Program-made: the position numbers and the translations under genes
From: Vulcanimicrobiota bacterium
GTDB lineage: Bacteria > Vulcanimicrobiota > Vulcanimicrobiia > Vulcanimicrobiales > Vulcanimicrobiaceae
DNA length: 64,000 nt
Assembly: GCA_963795855.1 (NCBI GenBank)
Contig: CAWCIZ010000002.1
Location: 96,001 to 160,000 of the forward strand
Direction: 5' to 3'
Shown here: positions 41,299 to 51,420 of the stretch, in pieces
How positions within the stretch are numbered: the stretch's first letter is position 1
Layout of the letters: every line of letters begins with the position of its first letter
Notes under the pieces: model-generated
Seen by the model: the letters and a program-made list of their open reading frames with translations, nothing else
The model's database searches: none
Told to the model about the DNA's origin: nothing

Positions 41299-42419
41299 AA
41301 GTCCTGGAATGCCTGCCTATCAAAACCGAGTACACGGTCGTGCGGAGCCGTTCGCCGCTGCGCATCAGTTTCTGCGGCGGAGGCACCGACGTTCCGCCGT
41401 ACCCCGAGCAGTTCGGCGGATGCGTCTTGTCGTGCACCATTGAAAAATACGCGTACGTGTCCGTGCGGCCGTACATCGATCGCAGCATCCACGTAGTCTC
41501 CGAAGATCAGGGCTTGGACGTGCATTTCGATGCAAACGGCGGCGACCGACTGGAGGGACGTCTGGACATCGCGCAAGCCATTTTTCGCCGCTTTTCAGCC
41601 GTCGGACTCGAGTGCCACATGGCGGCAGACGCGCCGCCGGGCAGCGGGCTGGGTTCTTCTTCCAGTATGATCGTCGCGCTCATCGAAGCGCTCTCGCGCG
41701 AGCAAGGCGTCACGCTCTCGAAGTATCAGAAGGCGGAACTGGCGTTTCAGATCGAACGCAACGATTTAGGAATCGTCGGCGGCATGCAAGACCAGTACGC
41801 GGCCGCTTTCGGTGGATTCAACTTCATCGAATTCGAGAAAAACGGCGTCTACGTTACACCGCTTCGCTGCGGCGACGACCTGCTCTCGGAGTTGCACTAT
41901 CACCTGCTGTTGTGCTACACCGGCACGACCCGCGTTTCCAGCAACATTCTGGCCGAACAAACCGCGAACGTCGTCGAGCAGCGCGGCAAGGTCATGGACA
42001 GTTTGGCCGGTCTCAAGCAGCTCACGCACGATCTGAAACGCGCGCTGTTAAAGGGTCGGATGCTCGACTTCGGCGGCCTTTTGGATGAAGCGTGGACGCT
42101 CAAACGGAACTTGGCATCGGCGATCACCAACAGCCACATCGAGGAACTCTACGAAACGGCGAAGTCTGCCGGTGCGATCGGCGGAAAGATTCTCGGCGCC
42201 GGCGGCGGAGGGCATTTGCTGCTCTTCGCACCTTTCAACAAGCGCAGCAAAGTTCGCCAAGCCATAGAGGCCGCGGGCGCCCGCATTATCGACTTTCAAT
42301 TCGAAGATCGCGGCGCCGGAAGCTGGGCGACGACCGAAGAAACGTGGGCGCCGCTTACGCCTGGGTTAATTCCGGCTTCATCTCCGCACGAAGGGGTTCT
42401 CGCCCAAGCGCACGCATGA
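41295..42419 (+). CDS. hddA: GHMP kinase, D-glycero-alpha-D-manno-heptose-7-phosphate kinase-like
   Basis: PLRISFCGGGTD, PPGSGLGSSS, GGMQDQYAAAFGGFN, GKILGAGGGG. Confidence 0.85.
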   Translation: MKVLECLPIKTEYTVVRSRSPLRISFCGGGTDVPPYPEQFGGCVLSCTIEKYAYVSVRPYIDRSIHVVSEDQGLDVHFDANGGDRLEGRLDIAQAIFRRFSAVGLECHMAADAPPGSGLGSSSSMIVALIEALSREQGVTLSKYQKAELAFQIERNDLGIVGGMQDQYAAAFGGFNFIEFEKNGVYVTPLRCGDDLLSELHYHLLLCYTGTTRVSSNILAEQTANVVEQRGKVMDSLAGLKQLTHDLKRALLKGRMLDFGGLLDEAWTLKRNLASAITNSHIEELYETAKSAGAIGGKILGAGGGGHLLLFAPFNKRSKVRQAIEAAGARIIDFQFEDRGAGSWATTEETWAPLTPGLIPASSPHEGVLAQAHA

Positions 42420-43503
42420 TGTTCGCCGCGGCTAACGCCCACGTAAACTCGTTCAGCGCGCGCTGCCGGCCGTAGATTCCCATCGCGTCCGCCCTGTTCC
42501 GATTGCCAAGCAGCACGCGTAGTGCGCCTGCGATGTCCTGCGGATCGTTCCCGTCGACCAGCAGGCCCGACTTACCGTTTTCGATAGCATCTTCAGCTCC
42601 GGAGTTCATGCCGCCGACCGACGCGAGTCCCGCCATTGCGGCCTCCAGATACACGATGCCGAAACCTTCGACGTCGCCCGCGCCGACGCGCCGCGTCGCG
42701 AGGGAGAAACACCAGGCGCGCGCATAGGCTTGCTCGAGTTCCGCGTCCGAAATATCACCGAGAAACGCAACGTGACGCGCAACGCCCAGCGATTGCGCCA
42801 GATTGCGGAAGTGCTCGGCATCCGGTCCAACGCCCACGATCTCGTATCGAAGCGTGGGGAACTCGTCGACGAGAAACGCAAGCGCCTCGATCGTCTTGTC
42901 GAACCCTTTGCGCCGGACGAGCCGCCCGACCGAGAGAATCGTGGGAACCTCGGCCGGCATGCGCTGCGAGGTCTTCGGTTCTATTCCGCAACGCCCGAGG
43001 ACGGGATCCGATGAAAGTTTCGCCTCGCGTAAAAGGCGCGCCGTAAACGCGCTGTTGGCCACCGCAACGTCGGCGCGCGCAAACACCGTCCGCATCATCG
43101 CTTTGCGCAAAAACGAGCGCTGCGAAAGTATCTCCGAACCGTGCGCGACGATCGCGAGTTTGCCGCGCAGCGAACGCGGCAGCGTCGCGCAGGCCAAGCC
43201 GCTGCGCAGCCACGACGACGCAATCGTGCACTTGTCCGGCATGTCGCGGTGCGCCTCGATTACCGCCTTGCGCACGCGGTAGGTCCACATCGGCAGCGAT
43301 TCCGGACGATCGTGACCGGGAAACGGAAAACGGATGACGCGGTAAGGCTGCGCGGCGTCAAATGCATCGCACTCGGGCATCCAAGGCGCAACCACGGTCA
43401 AAACGTGGCCCGCGGCGGCGATTTCATCCGCGAGCCTGACCATATAGCGCTCGATGCCGCCGTATCCTGGCGGGGGAAATTCCGTGGTTGCTAAAACCGG
43501 CAT
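42355..43503 (-). CDS. Glycosyltransferase family 4 (PimB-like)
   Basis: EFPPPGYGGIE, GRLVRRKG, EGFGIVYLEA. Confidence 0.92.
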   Translation of the reverse strand: MPVLATTEFPPPGYGGIERYMVRLADEIAAAGHVLTVVAPWMPECDAFDAAQPYRVIRFPFPGHDRPESLPMWTYRVRKAVIEAHRDMPDKCTIASSWLRSGLACATLPRSLRGKLAIVAHGSEILSQRSFLRKAMMRTVFARADVAVANSAFTARLLREAKLSSDPVLGRCGIEPKTSQRMPAEVPTILSVGRLVRRKGFDKTIEALAFLVDEFPTLRYEIVGVGPDAEHFRNLAQSLGVARHVAFLGDISDAELEQAYARAWCFSLATRRVGAGDVEGFGIVYLEAAMAGLASVGGMNSGAEDAIENGKSGLLVDGNDPQDIAGALRVLLGNRNRADAMGIYGRQRALNEFTWALAAANIMRALGREPLRAEMKPELTQA

Positions 43504-43658
43504 GGTTCTCCGTTTGAGTATACGGACCGCAGAACAACGGCGCGTGAGGCGTGCGCATGTCGCGCGTAGGCGTGCCGGCATAGGCCGGACAGCCCATGAA
43601 ATCGGGAGATGAGCTGCTCATACGCGGCGCGGAAACCGCGTGCTAGCATGGGCTTCGC

Positions 43659-44072
43659 ATGGCCTTCATCAGGGACTCCGCCAAAACGGCAATCGTTGCG
43701 CTCGTGCTGATGGCCGTTTTTTTGTTCGTAGCGCTTAGCCGGCATTTCGAAAAGGCAACCACGCCGAGCACTCTCGGCGATTTCGTCCATGTCGACATAC
43801 GAAAGCTTCTAAGCGTCGTGGCATTCGGATTGATTGGACTGGCGATGGCATACTGGCGCAGGCGCGGCGAGAAAGACGTTCTCCCCGTCGCACTCATCGT
43901 CGCCGGTTACAGCGCGCTCATCGAAATCGCGCAATGGCTGCATGGCGAACGCGAAGGCCTGTACTGGAACACGATCGATACGCTCTGCGGGTATATCGGC
44001 GGCTTCTTCGGTGCGTGGACGTACGTCCTGATCGAGCGTTTGCGATGCGGCAAGACGGATCGGGTTACGTAA
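43659..44072 (+). CDS. VanZ-like membrane protein
   Basis: Four TM segments; YSALIEIAQ motif. Confidence 0.65.
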   Translation: MAFIRDSAKTAIVALVLMAVFLFVALSRHFEKATTPSTLGDFVHVDIRKLLSVVAFGLIGLAMAYWRRRGEKDVLPVALIVAGYSALIEIAQWLHGEREGLYWNTIDTLCGYIGGFFGAWTYVLIERLRCGKTDRVT

Positions 44073-45255
44073 ACGCGCTCGTGCCCGTAATCGCCTGCCC
44101 GAGAATCAGCGTGTGCACCTCGCTCGTGCCCTCGTAGGTGAGCACCGACTCGAGATTGTTCATATGGCGGATCACGGGATATTCGAGCGTTACGCCGTTG
44201 GCGCCTAAGATGGAGCGCGCTTCGCGCGCAATGGCGAGCGCCTCGCGCACGTTATTGAGTTTTCCGAAACTCACGTGCGTCGCGTGCGCGCGGCTTTGAT
44301 CTTTCATGCGGCCGATGTGCAGCGCAAGAAGCGTGCCTTTATTCAACTCGACCAGCATGTTGACGAGTTTTTCCTGTGTGATTTGAAAGCCGCCGATCGG
44401 CCTGCCGAACTGCACGCGCGTTTTCGAATACTCGAGCGCGGTTTCGAAACACGTTCGTGCCGCGCCCATGACGCCCCAAACGATGCCATAGCGCGCTTCG
44501 TTTAAACACGCCAGCGGGCCGCGCAAACCGCGAACCTCCGGAAATGCCGCTTCGCCGGGGATGCGGCAGTCGTTCAGCACCAGCTCAGACGTAACGGACG
44601 CGCGCAGCGAAAGCTTTCGCTCTATCGCGTGCGCGGCAAACCCTCTCGTTTCGGTTGGAACGGCAAAACCGCGAATGCCTTCGTCCGTTTGCGCCCAAAT
44701 GATTGCGACGTCCGCGATGCCGCCGTTCGTGATCCACATCTTTGTGCCGCTGATAATCCAGTCGCTGCCGTCGCGGCGCGCGAACGTGCGCATATCGCCT
44801 GGATTGCTGCCGAAATCCGGCTCGGTCAATCCGAAACATCCGAGCGCGTCACCCGCCGCCATGCGTGGAAGCCATAATTCCTTTTGCTCCTCGCTCGCCC
44901 AGCGGTGAATGGCGAACATCGCGAGAGAGCCTTGTACCGAGGCAAAGCTGCGTACGCCGGAATCGCCCGCTTCGAGTTCGAGACAAGCGATGCCGTACGC
45001 CACCGCGCTCGCGCCGGGGCAGCCGTAGCCGTGCAGATGCATGCCGAGAAGCCCGAGATTGCCGAGCTGCTTACCCAGTTCGCGCGGCAGCGTGCCTTCT
45101 TCGAACCACTCCGCGATGTTGGGCGTGATGCGATCTCGCACGAACGCGCGAACGGTCTCGCGGACCATGCGCTCTTCGTCGTCGAGCAGCGCGTCGATGT
45201 TCAGGAAGTCCTGCGGATTCGGCAGGGTGGGGGCCTTCTCTTGGGTGGCGGTCAT
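44065..45255 (-). CDS. Acyl-CoA dehydrogenase (glutaryl-CoA dehydrogenase-like)
   Basis: GDSGVRSFASVQGSL, CFGLTEPDFGS, GTKMWITNG, TYEGT. Confidence 0.92.
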   Translation of the reverse strand: MTATQEKAPTLPNPQDFLNIDALLDDEERMVRETVRAFVRDRITPNIAEWFEEGTLPRELGKQLGNLGLLGMHLHGYGCPGASAVAYGIACLELEAGDSGVRSFASVQGSLAMFAIHRWASEEQKELWLPRMAAGDALGCFGLTEPDFGSNPGDMRTFARRDGSDWIISGTKMWITNGGIADVAIIWAQTDEGIRGFAVPTETRGFAAHAIERKLSLRASVTSELVLNDCRIPGEAAFPEVRGLRGPLACLNEARYGIVWGVMGAARTCFETALEYSKTRVQFGRPIGGFQITQEKLVNMLVELNKGTLLALHIGRMKDQSRAHATHVSFGKLNNVREALAIAREARSILGANGVTLEYPVIRHMNNLESVLTYEGTSEVHTLILGQAITGTSAFT

Positions 45256-45260
45256 GGTTC

Positions 45261-45686
45261 CTAGCGTTTGAGAACGCGGGCGATTTTGTCGAAGAGCGCT
45301 TCCATCGATCGTTCGTTGGCATCTTCCAGACGCCGCCACAATAAACGGCCTTCCGTATCGCTCAAGGTGGCTTCGATGCGGTGCTGGACCGTCGTCTTCT
45401 TCGCGTCGCCGCTCAGATAAAACCCGTGCGTGCCTTCGAAGCCCTCGTTCTGAATTCGCCACACGATGCGTTCTTCCGGGACGATCTCGTCCAGGACGGC
45501 ATGGAATCCGTTATGCCATTCCTCCGTTTTTTGAGGAACGAGCGGTCCCGGCGAGCGCATGAACGGCTGCGCTGCAAACGGCCAGACGACATCGTTCGAG
45601 GTGCCCATGTCGACGAGGAGTTGAAAAATCCGGCGGCGCGTTCCGGAAAAGGTTCGCTCGCGAACGTGGTGCAGCGGAATCGGCAT
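45261..45686 (-). CDS. SRPBCC/START-like protein
   Basis: Size, beta-rich core and C-terminal helix pattern. Confidence 0.6.
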   Translation of the reverse strand: MPIPLHHVRERTFSGTRRRIFQLLVDMGTSNDVVWPFAAQPFMRSPGPLVPQKTEEWHNGFHAVLDEIVPEERIVWRIQNEGFEGTHGFYLSGDAKKTTVQHRIEATLSDTEGRLLWRRLEDANERSMEALFDKIARVLKR

Positions 45687-45747
45687 GAAGTTCCTTTCGC
45701 CGGGCGACCAGGCGTATCCATGCCGCTGAGCCGGAATGGGGACGGCT

Positions 45748-45984
45748 CTACGTCTTCGGCCCGATATCCCGCTCGGTCATTTTTGCGAGCATCTGAATGA
45801 CGATCGTTGCGATGATGGTAATAATCACGGCGTAACCCAGCTCGGCCCAGATGCCGGAACCGGGTTTGAGGTACATCGCGATTAGGTCGGTGATGAACTT
45901 GTTCCACGCCAGCGCCGCGATCAGCCCGAAGGCGGCGGTCGCCAGCGCGATCATGGTCCCCAAATAGCTCGGCTTTACTTCCAT
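45748..45984 (-). CDS. Small membrane protein (DUF5654-like)
   Basis: TAAFGLIAALAWN...YAVIITIIA. Confidence 0.7.
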   Translation of the reverse strand: MEVKPSYLGTMIALATAAFGLIAALAWNKFITDLIAMYLKPGSGIWAELGYAVIITIIATIVIQMLAKMTERDIGPKT

Positions 45985-46133
45985 GACTCGTCGCTCCGCG
46001 CGTCGTTTTTTACGCGCTCGATTTCACCGGTGATGAGGTTGAGTGGAAAGCCGTCGCCGTTGCTGAGCCACACCCCCGACTCATTGCGCACGACTTTCAG
46101 TTCCTTCGCCTGTACGAAGGCGATTAAAATCAT
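45975..46133 (-). CDS. Possible 52-aa hypothetical protein (not in ORF track)
   Basis: MILIAFVQAKELKVVRNESGVWLSNGDGFPLNLITGEIERVKNDARSDESWK; GGAGG upstream; overlaps the start of the next gene. Confidence 0.4.
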   Translation of the reverse strand: MILIAFVQAKELKVVRNESGVWLSNGDGFPLNLITGEIERVKNDARSDESWK

Positions 46134-46275
46134 ATCCAACACGAGCGTATACCTCCACGGCAGGAGAGATGCCCCCAGACAAAGCGGCGCTACGGCGCGG
46201 CGCTTGCGGCGGCCTTGCGGCTAACCTGTGGAAACGCGAGGATAAAGCGGGATTTCTGCGCACATCCTGTGAGTA

Positions 46276-46539
46276 ATGCGACCTCACGATATTGGGTCTT
46301 CCGGGCAGTACGGGCGTATCGACACGTCGGACGACGCGGCACCCTTCCACCACGAGTGGGAAGCGCGCGTTTTTGCGCTCAACCGCGTGCTGCTGCAGAA
46401 GGCGCTGTATACGCTCGACGAATTCCGCGACGCGATCGAAACGATGCCGTCTGACGCGTATCGAAACAGCAGCTACTATGAGCGTTGGCTGCAAGCAATT
46501 GAAACGCTGCTGCAGCGCAAAGGTTTGCCCGATGTTTGA
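46276..46539 (+). CDS. Nitrile hydratase beta N-terminal-like subunit (ScnB-like)
   Basis: PHDIG, FHHEWEARVFAL, DEFRDAIE, YYERW. Confidence 0.88.
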   Translation: MRPHDIGSSGQYGRIDTSDDAAPFHHEWEARVFALNRVLLQKALYTLDEFRDAIETMPSDAYRNSSYYERWLQAIETLLQRKGLPDV

Positions 46540-46780
46540 ACCGGGATCGCGAGTGCGCACGCGCGCTCAGCGCACGACCGGCCACACGCGGCTGCCGGGC
46601 TATTTGCAAACGCGCAGCGGACGCGTGGTGTGCGCGCTTGGTTCGTTTCGTTTCGCCGACGAGGCGGCGAGAGCCGGAACGCAAGCGCCTCACGAAATGC
46701 TGTACACGGTCGAGTTCGATCTTGACGACCACGCCGTTCGCGCCGACCTTTTCGAGTCATACTTGGAGCCCGAGGGATGA
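46532..46780 (+). CDS. Nitrile hydratase beta C-terminal SH3-like subunit (ScnA-like)
   Basis: MFEPGSRVR...GHTRLPGY...LYTVEF...DLFESYLEP. Confidence 0.88.
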   Translation: MFEPGSRVRTRAQRTTGHTRLPGYLQTRSGRVVCALGSFRFADEAARAGTQAPHEMLYTVEFDLDDHAVRADLFESYLEPEG

Positions 46781-47376
46781 GCGCGCGCGCGCACGATCAC
46801 GAGCACAGCGCGAACGCGTCGCGCCGAGTCAAGACGTTGATTGCAAGGCTGGAAACGCACGGCGTAACGACCGAGCAGCAACTCGACGCCCTCGTCGAAT
46901 CGTTTCTCGCGCATTCACGGCCGGAGAACGGCTACCGCATCGTCGCGCGCGCATGGAGCGATGCAACGTTCAAAAAACGTTTGTTGAACGATGCCAACGC
47001 GGCCGTCGCCGAGTTGGGCGTCGACCTTACGCATTGGGCGCCCGTACGGCTGCGCGTCGTGGAAAATACCGAAGCTGCGCACAACCTCATCGTCTGCACG
47101 CTGTGCTCGTGCTACCCCATTGCCTTGCTCGGGCCGTCACCGTCCTGGTATAAGAGCGAGGCGTACCGCGCGCGCGCTGTCGCCGAGCCGCGCGCCGTCT
47201 TACGAGAATTCGGTGTCGAGCTCGCGCGCGACGCGCGAATCGTCGTGTGGGACAGCACCGCCGAGGCGCGCTACATGGTGCTCCCGCAACGCCCGCGCGC
47301 AGCGGAGGCGCTGAACGAAGCGGAATTGGCCGCTCTCGTCACGCGCAACGGTCTCATCGGTACGGCACTCGTGTAA
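46777..47376 (+). CDS. Cobalt-type nitrile hydratase alpha / thiocyanate hydrolase gamma subunit
   Basis: VCTLCSCYP metal motif, WYKSEAYRAR, DSTAEARYMVLPQRP. Confidence 0.93.
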   Translation: MSARAHDHEHSANASRRVKTLIARLETHGVTTEQQLDALVESFLAHSRPENGYRIVARAWSDATFKKRLLNDANAAVAELGVDLTHWAPVRLRVVENTEAAHNLIVCTLCSCYPIALLGPSPSWYKSEAYRARAVAEPRAVLREFGVELARDARIVVWDSTAEARYMVLPQRPRAAEALNEAELAALVTRNGLIGTALV

Positions 47377-47406
47377 AAAAAGGCCCCGTTACGACGGGGC
47401 CTTTTT
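47375..47406. terminator. Bidirectional intrinsic terminator between the hydratase genes and rpsJ
   Basis: A tract-GGCCCCGT-tacg-ACGGGGCC-T tract. Confidence 0.92.
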
Positions 47407-47413
47407 CCGGTGT

Positions 47414-47722
<309 letters not shown>

Positions 47723-47767
47723 TTACTTTCTCGACATTCCTTAACTAGCAGTGATCCCACGACGACG

Positions 47768-49057
47768 CTATTTTCGTTTGCAGTTAGGCGCCGGTTTGCG
47801 AAGTGGTCTATGGACCACAAGAAAACCGGCAACAACGCTGCGGACGAAAAGAGCTGAGTCTTGGACTCCGACGACGACGCCGGCGCCGACTGTCCGGCCG
47901 CCCTCGCGGATTGCGAAACGCAGACCTTCTTCACACGCAATCGGCGTGATGAGTTCCACGTCCATCGCGACGTTGTCGCCCGGCATCACCATTTCCACGC
48001 CCTCCGGCAGTTTGATGGTGCCGGTCACGTCCGTCGTACGGAAATAAAACTGCGGCCGGTAGTTTGCGAAGAACGGCGTATGACGTCCGCCCTCTTCCTT
48101 CGAGAGGACGTAGACTTCCGCTTTGAACTTCTTGTGCGGTTTGATCGAACCGGGCTTTGCGAGCACCTGGCCGCGCTCGATGCCGGTGCGCTCGATGCCG
48201 CGCAGCAGCACGCCGATGTTGTCGCCGGCGATTCCGATGTCGAGCAGTTTGCGGAACATCTCGATGCCCGTAACGACGCTCTTCTTCGTCTCTTCCGTCA
48301 GCCCGACGATCTCGACTTCTTCACCGACCTTGACTTGACCGCGCTCGACGCGGCCGGTCCCTACCGTACCGCGGCCGGTGATCGTGAATACGTCTTCCAC
48401 CGGCATGAGGAACGGTTTGTCGGTTTCGCGGACCGGATCCGGAATGTACTCGTCGACCGTGTCCATCAACTTGAAGATCGGATCCGCATCGGCGTCACCG
48501 CGCTTGCCCGAGCTGTTCAGCGCCTTGAGGGCCGAACCGCGGATAATAGGCGTAGTGTCGCCGGGGAACTCGTACTGGTTGAGGAGTTCGCGAACTTCCA
48601 TTTCGACCAGTTCGAGCAATTCTTCGTCGTCGACCATGTCGCACTTGTTCAGAAACACGACGATGTACGGAACGCCGACCTGCTTCATCAGCAGAATGTG
48701 CTCGCGTGTCTGCGGCATCGGACCGTCCGTCGCGGAGACGACGAGAATGGCGCCGTCCATCTGCGCCGCGCCGGTGATCATGTTCTTGATGTAGTCGGCG
48801 TGGCCGGGGCAGTCGACGTGCGCGTAGTGGCGCTTCTTGGTCTCGTATTCTTGGTGCGAGATCGCGATCGTAATGCCGCGCTCTTTTTCTTCCGGAGCGT
48901 TGTCGATGTCGTCGACGTTGCGCTTCTGGATGTTTGCGTTCTCGGTGGCGAGGCAGTTGATGATTGCCGCGGTAAGCGTCGTCTTACCGTGGTCGACGTG
49001 CCCCGTCGTGCCGATGTTTACGTGGGGTTTGCTACGTTCGAATTTAGCCTTCGCCAT
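47768..49057 (-). CDS. tuf: Elongation factor Tu (true stop probably near 47855)
   Basis: [34 protein letters not shown]; about 30 extra C-terminal residues likely from an indel. Confidence 0.98.
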   Translation of the reverse strand: MAKAKFERSKPHVNIGTTGHVDHGKTTLTAAIINCLATENANIQKRNVDDIDNAPEEKERGITIAISHQEYETKKRHYAHVDCPGHADYIKNMITGAAQMDGAILVVSATDGPMPQTREHILLMKQVGVPYIVVFLNKCDMVDDEELLELVEMEVRELLNQYEFPGDTTPIIRGSALKALNSSGKRGDADADPIFKLMDTVDEYIPDPVRETDKPFLMPVEDVFTITGRGTVGTGRVERGQVKVGEEVEIVGLTEETKKSVVTGIEMFRKLLDIGIAGDNIGVLLRGIERTGIERGQVLAKPGSIKPHKKFKAEVYVLSKEEGGRHTPFFANYRPQFYFRTTDVTGTIKLPEGVEMVMPGDNVAMDVELITPIACEEGLRFAIREGGRTVGAGVVVGVQDSALFVRSVVAGFLVVHRPLRKPAPNCKRK

Positions 49058-49099
49058 GATTCGCTTTTCGTATCCTTTGCTTGCTTATCGCTTGTTTTT

Positions 49100-49180
49100 G
49101 GGGTCTTCAGGGTTCTTTCGATCCTCGGGATATGTGCGATCCTTCGGGTCTTTTCGATCCCTGGGGTCTTTGAGATCCTT
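49100..49180. repeat. Degenerate 9-bp tandem array (9 units) in the fusA-tuf spacer
   Basis: Minus-strand units AAGGATCTC AAAGACCCC AGGGATCGA AAAGACCCG AAGGATCGC ACATATCCC GAGGATCGA AAGAACCCT GAAGACCCC. Confidence 0.75.
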
Positions 49181-49187
49181 GGTCGTG

Positions 49188-51293
49188 TTATGCGGCGGAG
49201 CTTTTCTTTCCGGCCGCTTTTGCGACCACTTCCTCCTCGACCGATTTCGGAGCTTTCTCGTAGTGAGAGAACTCCATCGTATACGTCGCGCGGCCTTGCG
49301 TTGCCGACCGCATATCGGTCGCATAGCCGAACATCTCCGAGAGCGGTACGTGCGCGGTAATCACCTGCGCGCCGCCCGGAACTTCTTCCGTCGCTTGGAT
49401 CATGCCGCGGCGCCGATTCAGGTCTCCGGTGATGGCGCCGATGTAGTCCTTCGGCGTCGTCACTTCGACTTTCATGATCGGTTCCAGCAAGATCGGCCCT
49501 GCGGAGCGATTCGCGTCCTTGAATCCCATCGACGCGGCGATCTTGAACGCCATTTCCGAGGAGTCCACGTCGTGGTATGAACCGTCGAACGCTTCGACCT
49601 TGAAGTCCATCACCGGAAAGCCCGCAAGGACGCCGCTTTGCGATGCCTCGCGAATGCCTTCCTGAACGGCTTTCTGGTACTCCTTCGGAACGTTGCCGCC
49701 GACGATCTTCCATTCGAAGACGAAACCGGTTCCGGGTTCGCCGGGCATGACGCGCAGCCACACGTCGCCGTACTGGCCTTTACCGCCGGACTGCCGGACG
49801 AATTTGCCCTGCTTCTCGACCTTTTTGGTGATCGCTTCTTTGTAGGCGACCTGCGGTTTGCCCACGTTCGCCTCGACTTTGAACTCGCGGCGCAGACGAT
49901 CGAGAATGATCTCGAGATGCAGCTCGCCCATACCGGCGATAATCGTCTGCTGCGTTTCCTCGTCCGTATACATGCGGAACGTCGGATCCTCTTGCGCCAG
50001 GCGCTGCAGACCTTTGCCGAGCTGGTTCTGATCGCCCTTGGTCTTCGGTTCGATGGCCTGAGAGATGACCGGTTCCGGGAACGTGATCGACTCGAGCATG
50101 ATCGGATGCTTTTCGTCGCAGAGCGTATCGCCCGTGCGCGTGTCCGTTAAGCCGACCGCTGCCGCGATGTCGCCCGCTCCAATCGAATCGATGTCTTCGC
50201 GGTGGTTCGCATGCATACGCAGAATGCGCCCGATGCGCTCTTTCCTGCCGGAACGCGAGTTGTACACGTACGAGCCTTTGTCGAGCGTCCCGGAATAGAC
50301 GCGAAAATACGTCAGGTTCCCGTATGGATCGGTCGCGATCTTGAACGCCAACGCCGCAAACGGTTCTTTGTCGTCGGGCTTGCGCGTGATCTCTGCTTCC
50401 GTTTTCGTATCCTTGCCGATGATCGGCTTGGCGTCGAGCGGCGAGGGCATGTACTCGACTACTGCATCGAGCAGCGGCTGCACGCCTTTGTTCTTGAACG
50501 CGGATCCGCAAAGCATCGGCAGCACCGTGCCGGCGATGGTCGCCTTGCGCAGCGCTTCCTTCATACGATCGATCGGCAGGTCTTTGCCGTCGAAGAACAT
50601 CTCGAGCAGCTCTTCGTCTTGCTCGGCGATATTCTCCACGAGGTTTTGACGCCACTTGTGCGCGACGGCCTTCAACTCGCCGTCCGCATCCGTGACGGCC
50701 GCTTCGGCCATGGTCGAACCGAGATCGTCGGAATAGACGATCTTCTTCATCGTGAACAGATCGACCACACCTTCGAAGTGGTCTTCGGCACCAATCGGCA
50801 CTTGGATCGGCGTCGCGTTTGCGCCCAGACGCTCTTTGATCTTGTCGACCGCATTGAAGAAGTCGGCGCCCATGCGGTCCATCTTGTTGACGAAGATGAT
50901 CCTCGGCACTTTGTATTTGTTGGCTTGACGCCACACCGTCTCGGACTGGGGCTGCACGGCGGCGACCGAGTCGAAGAGGGCGACGAGGCCGTCAAGGACG
51001 CGGAGCGATCGCTCCACTTCGACCGTGAAGTCCACGTGGCCAGGCGTATCGATAATATTGATGCGCGTGTCGTGCCACGTGCACGCCGTCGCAGCCGACG
51101 TAATCGTGATGCCGCGCTCTTGCTCTTGAACCATCCAGTCCATCGTCGCGGCGCCGTCGTGCACTTCGCCGATTTTGTGCGTGCGGCCGGTATAGAACAG
51201 AATGCGTTCGGTGCACGTCGTTTTGCCCGCGTCGATGTGCGCGGCGATGCCGATGTTGCGTGTCCGCTCGAGCGGAAATTCTCTTGCTGCCAT
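49188..51293 (-). CDS. fusA: Elongation factor G
   Basis: [29 protein letters not shown]. Confidence 0.99.
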   Translation of the reverse strand: MAAREFPLERTRNIGIAAHIDAGKTTCTERILFYTGRTHKIGEVHDGAATMDWMVQEQERGITITSAATACTWHDTRINIIDTPGHVDFTVEVERSLRVLDGLVALFDSVAAVQPQSETVWRQANKYKVPRIIFVNKMDRMGADFFNAVDKIKERLGANATPIQVPIGAEDHFEGVVDLFTMKKIVYSDDLGSTMAEAAVTDADGELKAVAHKWRQNLVENIAEQDEELLEMFFDGKDLPIDRMKEALRKATIAGTVLPMLCGSAFKNKGVQPLLDAVVEYMPSPLDAKPIIGKDTKTEAEITRKPDDKEPFAALAFKIATDPYGNLTYFRVYSGTLDKGSYVYNSRSGRKERIGRILRMHANHREDIDSIGAGDIAAAVGLTDTRTGDTLCDEKHPIMLESITFPEPVISQAIEPKTKGDQNQLGKGLQRLAQEDPTFRMYTDEETQQTIIAGMGELHLEIILDRLRREFKVEANVGKPQVAYKEAITKKVEKQGKFVRQSGGKGQYGDVWLRVMPGEPGTGFVFEWKIVGGNVPKEYQKAVQEGIREASQSGVLAGFPVMDFKVEAFDGSYHDVDSSEMAFKIAASMGFKDANRSAGPILLEPIMKVEVTTPKDYIGAITGDLNRRRGMIQATEEVPGGAQVITAHVPLSEMFGYATDMRSATQGRATYTMEFSHYEKAPKSVEEEVVAKAAGKKSSAA

Positions 51294-51315
51294 TGTTTTA
51301 TTCGTAAGTTCTATC

Positions 51316-51418
51316 GGCGCCCACGGGGAGCGCTTATGTTAGCAGTATCTTTAGGCGCCATGCAATCATGGGGGCCCCACGCTTCGGCGTGGGGGGCGCG
51401 GAGGCCAGGCCGAAGCGC
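51316..51418 (+). repeat. 103-bp dispersed structured repeat, copy 2 (rpsG-fusA spacer)
   Basis: Similar to the reverse complement of 1782-1884; CCCCACGC-TTCG-GCGTGGGG hairpin. Confidence 0.8.
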
Positions 51419-51420
51419 CA

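Noticed and set aside
4540..47400. Prophage, ICE or recent genomic island
   Set aside because: No integrase, transposase, phage genes, tRNA target or flanking direct repeats seen
47768..47855. Genuine C-terminal extension of EF-Tu
   Set aside because: Removing one base gives GAC TAG at the normal end, the region forms a long hairpin, and indels are common in this window
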